From: Callorhinchus milii
Taxonomy: Eukaryota
Direction of reading: 5' to 3'
Assembly (NCBI RefSeq): GCF_018977255.1
Contig: NW_024704742.1
Location: 6,202,001 to 6,266,000 of the forward strand
Length of the DNA stretch: 64,000 bases
A model generated the notes under the pieces. That model saw only the letters and a list, made by a program, of their open reading frames with translations, was not told the DNA's origin and searched no databases. The position numbers were made by a program, and so were the translations under genes. Positions 63,006 to 64,000 of this stretch are shown piece by piece; the stretch's first letter is position 1, and every line of letters starts with the position of its first letter.

Positions 63006-64000
63006 TTTACTCCAGTCGTGGGTCAGAAACAATTGAATGTGCTGCAAACAAGAGTTTGGCTTGAATTGGTGTGTAATGCAAATCTTGTATCACTGTGCTC
63101 TGTAATGCTGCTTTTCTATAAGGAGTTTTGTGTACAGAGTAACCTGTAATAAAAAAAAGTCAAATTTCCTGGTATCGCTCTTACCTGAGTCCTTTCTCAG
63201 CTACTGTCTCACCACAGCTTCGCGATGCTCAAGGAATGTACTTTGCTGGCAATCCAATACCAACCATCACGTCATGAGAGAGAGAGTTTAAACATTAGTT
63301 TTCTTTCCGTTCAGACAATCCTGGTGTGAATTGGGAGGTTTGTTGTATTGCTAATGGAGATGTGTCGTGCAGTAGAGCAAGAAGGCAGTAGCACTGCTTG
63401 AAGACGTTTAATGTTTGTCCTCTGGAGGCTGATATTTGGAGCATCCCCCAACGTGATGTCCTTTGCAGCTTTTGCAGCACTAGCTTTACACTCCACCATA
63501 AACAGGATTGCTTCAAACTACTAAGACAATAAATGACTTCAGTCAAATTTTATTTAGTCTGATCAGCCGGGTGTCTGACACATGCAGAAACCCATCACCG
63601 TGCTTAAGCGTATCCAAACCAAGCTGAGGATTTCATGCATCCCACTTGCACATGGAAATCCCAGCGATAGTCTGTATTTCAGTCCAACAATCTCCCTCCC
63701 TGGGGGGAAGCATCCTGCTTAATTACAGAAGGTATTAGGCGCAGGTTGACAAGAGCCAAGTCAACACACATCAACTTTGGTCATACGGTTTCATCTGAAA
63801 TCGTTGACGTGAGCTACTGAGATGGCTTAGCCACGGTTAAACCTGCCATGCCACAATTGTGGCATTTTAGTGGTAGTTAGTTCATGGAATACCATTTTAA
63901 CCCAACCGTGGGAGATTCTCCTGGTGCCCAGGCTATCGATCTTCTAGATAAAACTGATCAGCCACTTCCTGGCTGTTTGTGGGTCCTCGCTGTGAATAAA

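Noticed and set aside
46700..64000. Looked for a neighbouring gene (HADH lies tail-to-tail with LEF1 in human)
   Set aside because: No HADH-like or other coding exon recognised on either strand; the region appears intergenic and repeat-rich.
1..64000. CRISPR array, operon or prokaryotic defence system
   Set aside because: The sequence is an intron-containing vertebrate locus; its repeats are dispersed retroelements, not regularly spaced repeat-spacer units.

Overview
Eukaryotic, repeat-rich vertebrate DNA, most likely a cartilaginous fish and probably a chimaera (inferred from the SINE/L2/CR1/Penelope repertoire; not verified). The window holds the 3' half of LEF1 on the + strand. Four constitutive coding exons (23-145, 1523-1685, 2223-2330, 5439-5487) encode the end of the context-dependent region, the HMG box and the basic tail/NLS. 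A ~39.5 kb intron follows, then the LEF1 'B-tail' terminal exon (44984-45060, GKRNTFPTCKAKATTPAQLLEMESC*) with a probable 3' UTR to ~46.6 kb. I recognise no other protein-coding gene; most ORF-track entries are repeat or chance ORFs. The most interesting signals are: (i) two repeat-free islands in the long intron (~17.1-20.9 kb, ~35.4-41.0 kb) holding frame-preserving candidate cassette exons (54, 84, 51 nt) and a candidate alternative last exon at 38332 with its own poly(A) signals, i.e. a possibly richer, TCF7/TCF7L2-like C-terminal splicing system, while the usual GTGPRMTAAYI 'N' exon could not be found; (ii) minimal hammerhead-ribozyme motifs in Penelope-like repeats, one in the putative LEF1 3' UTR; (iii) intronic TCF/LEF site clusters; (iv) SINE/L2 tail sharing, nested insertions and several palindrome clusters. 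All alternative-exon calls are hypotheses from splice signals only. Repeat boundaries are approximate.
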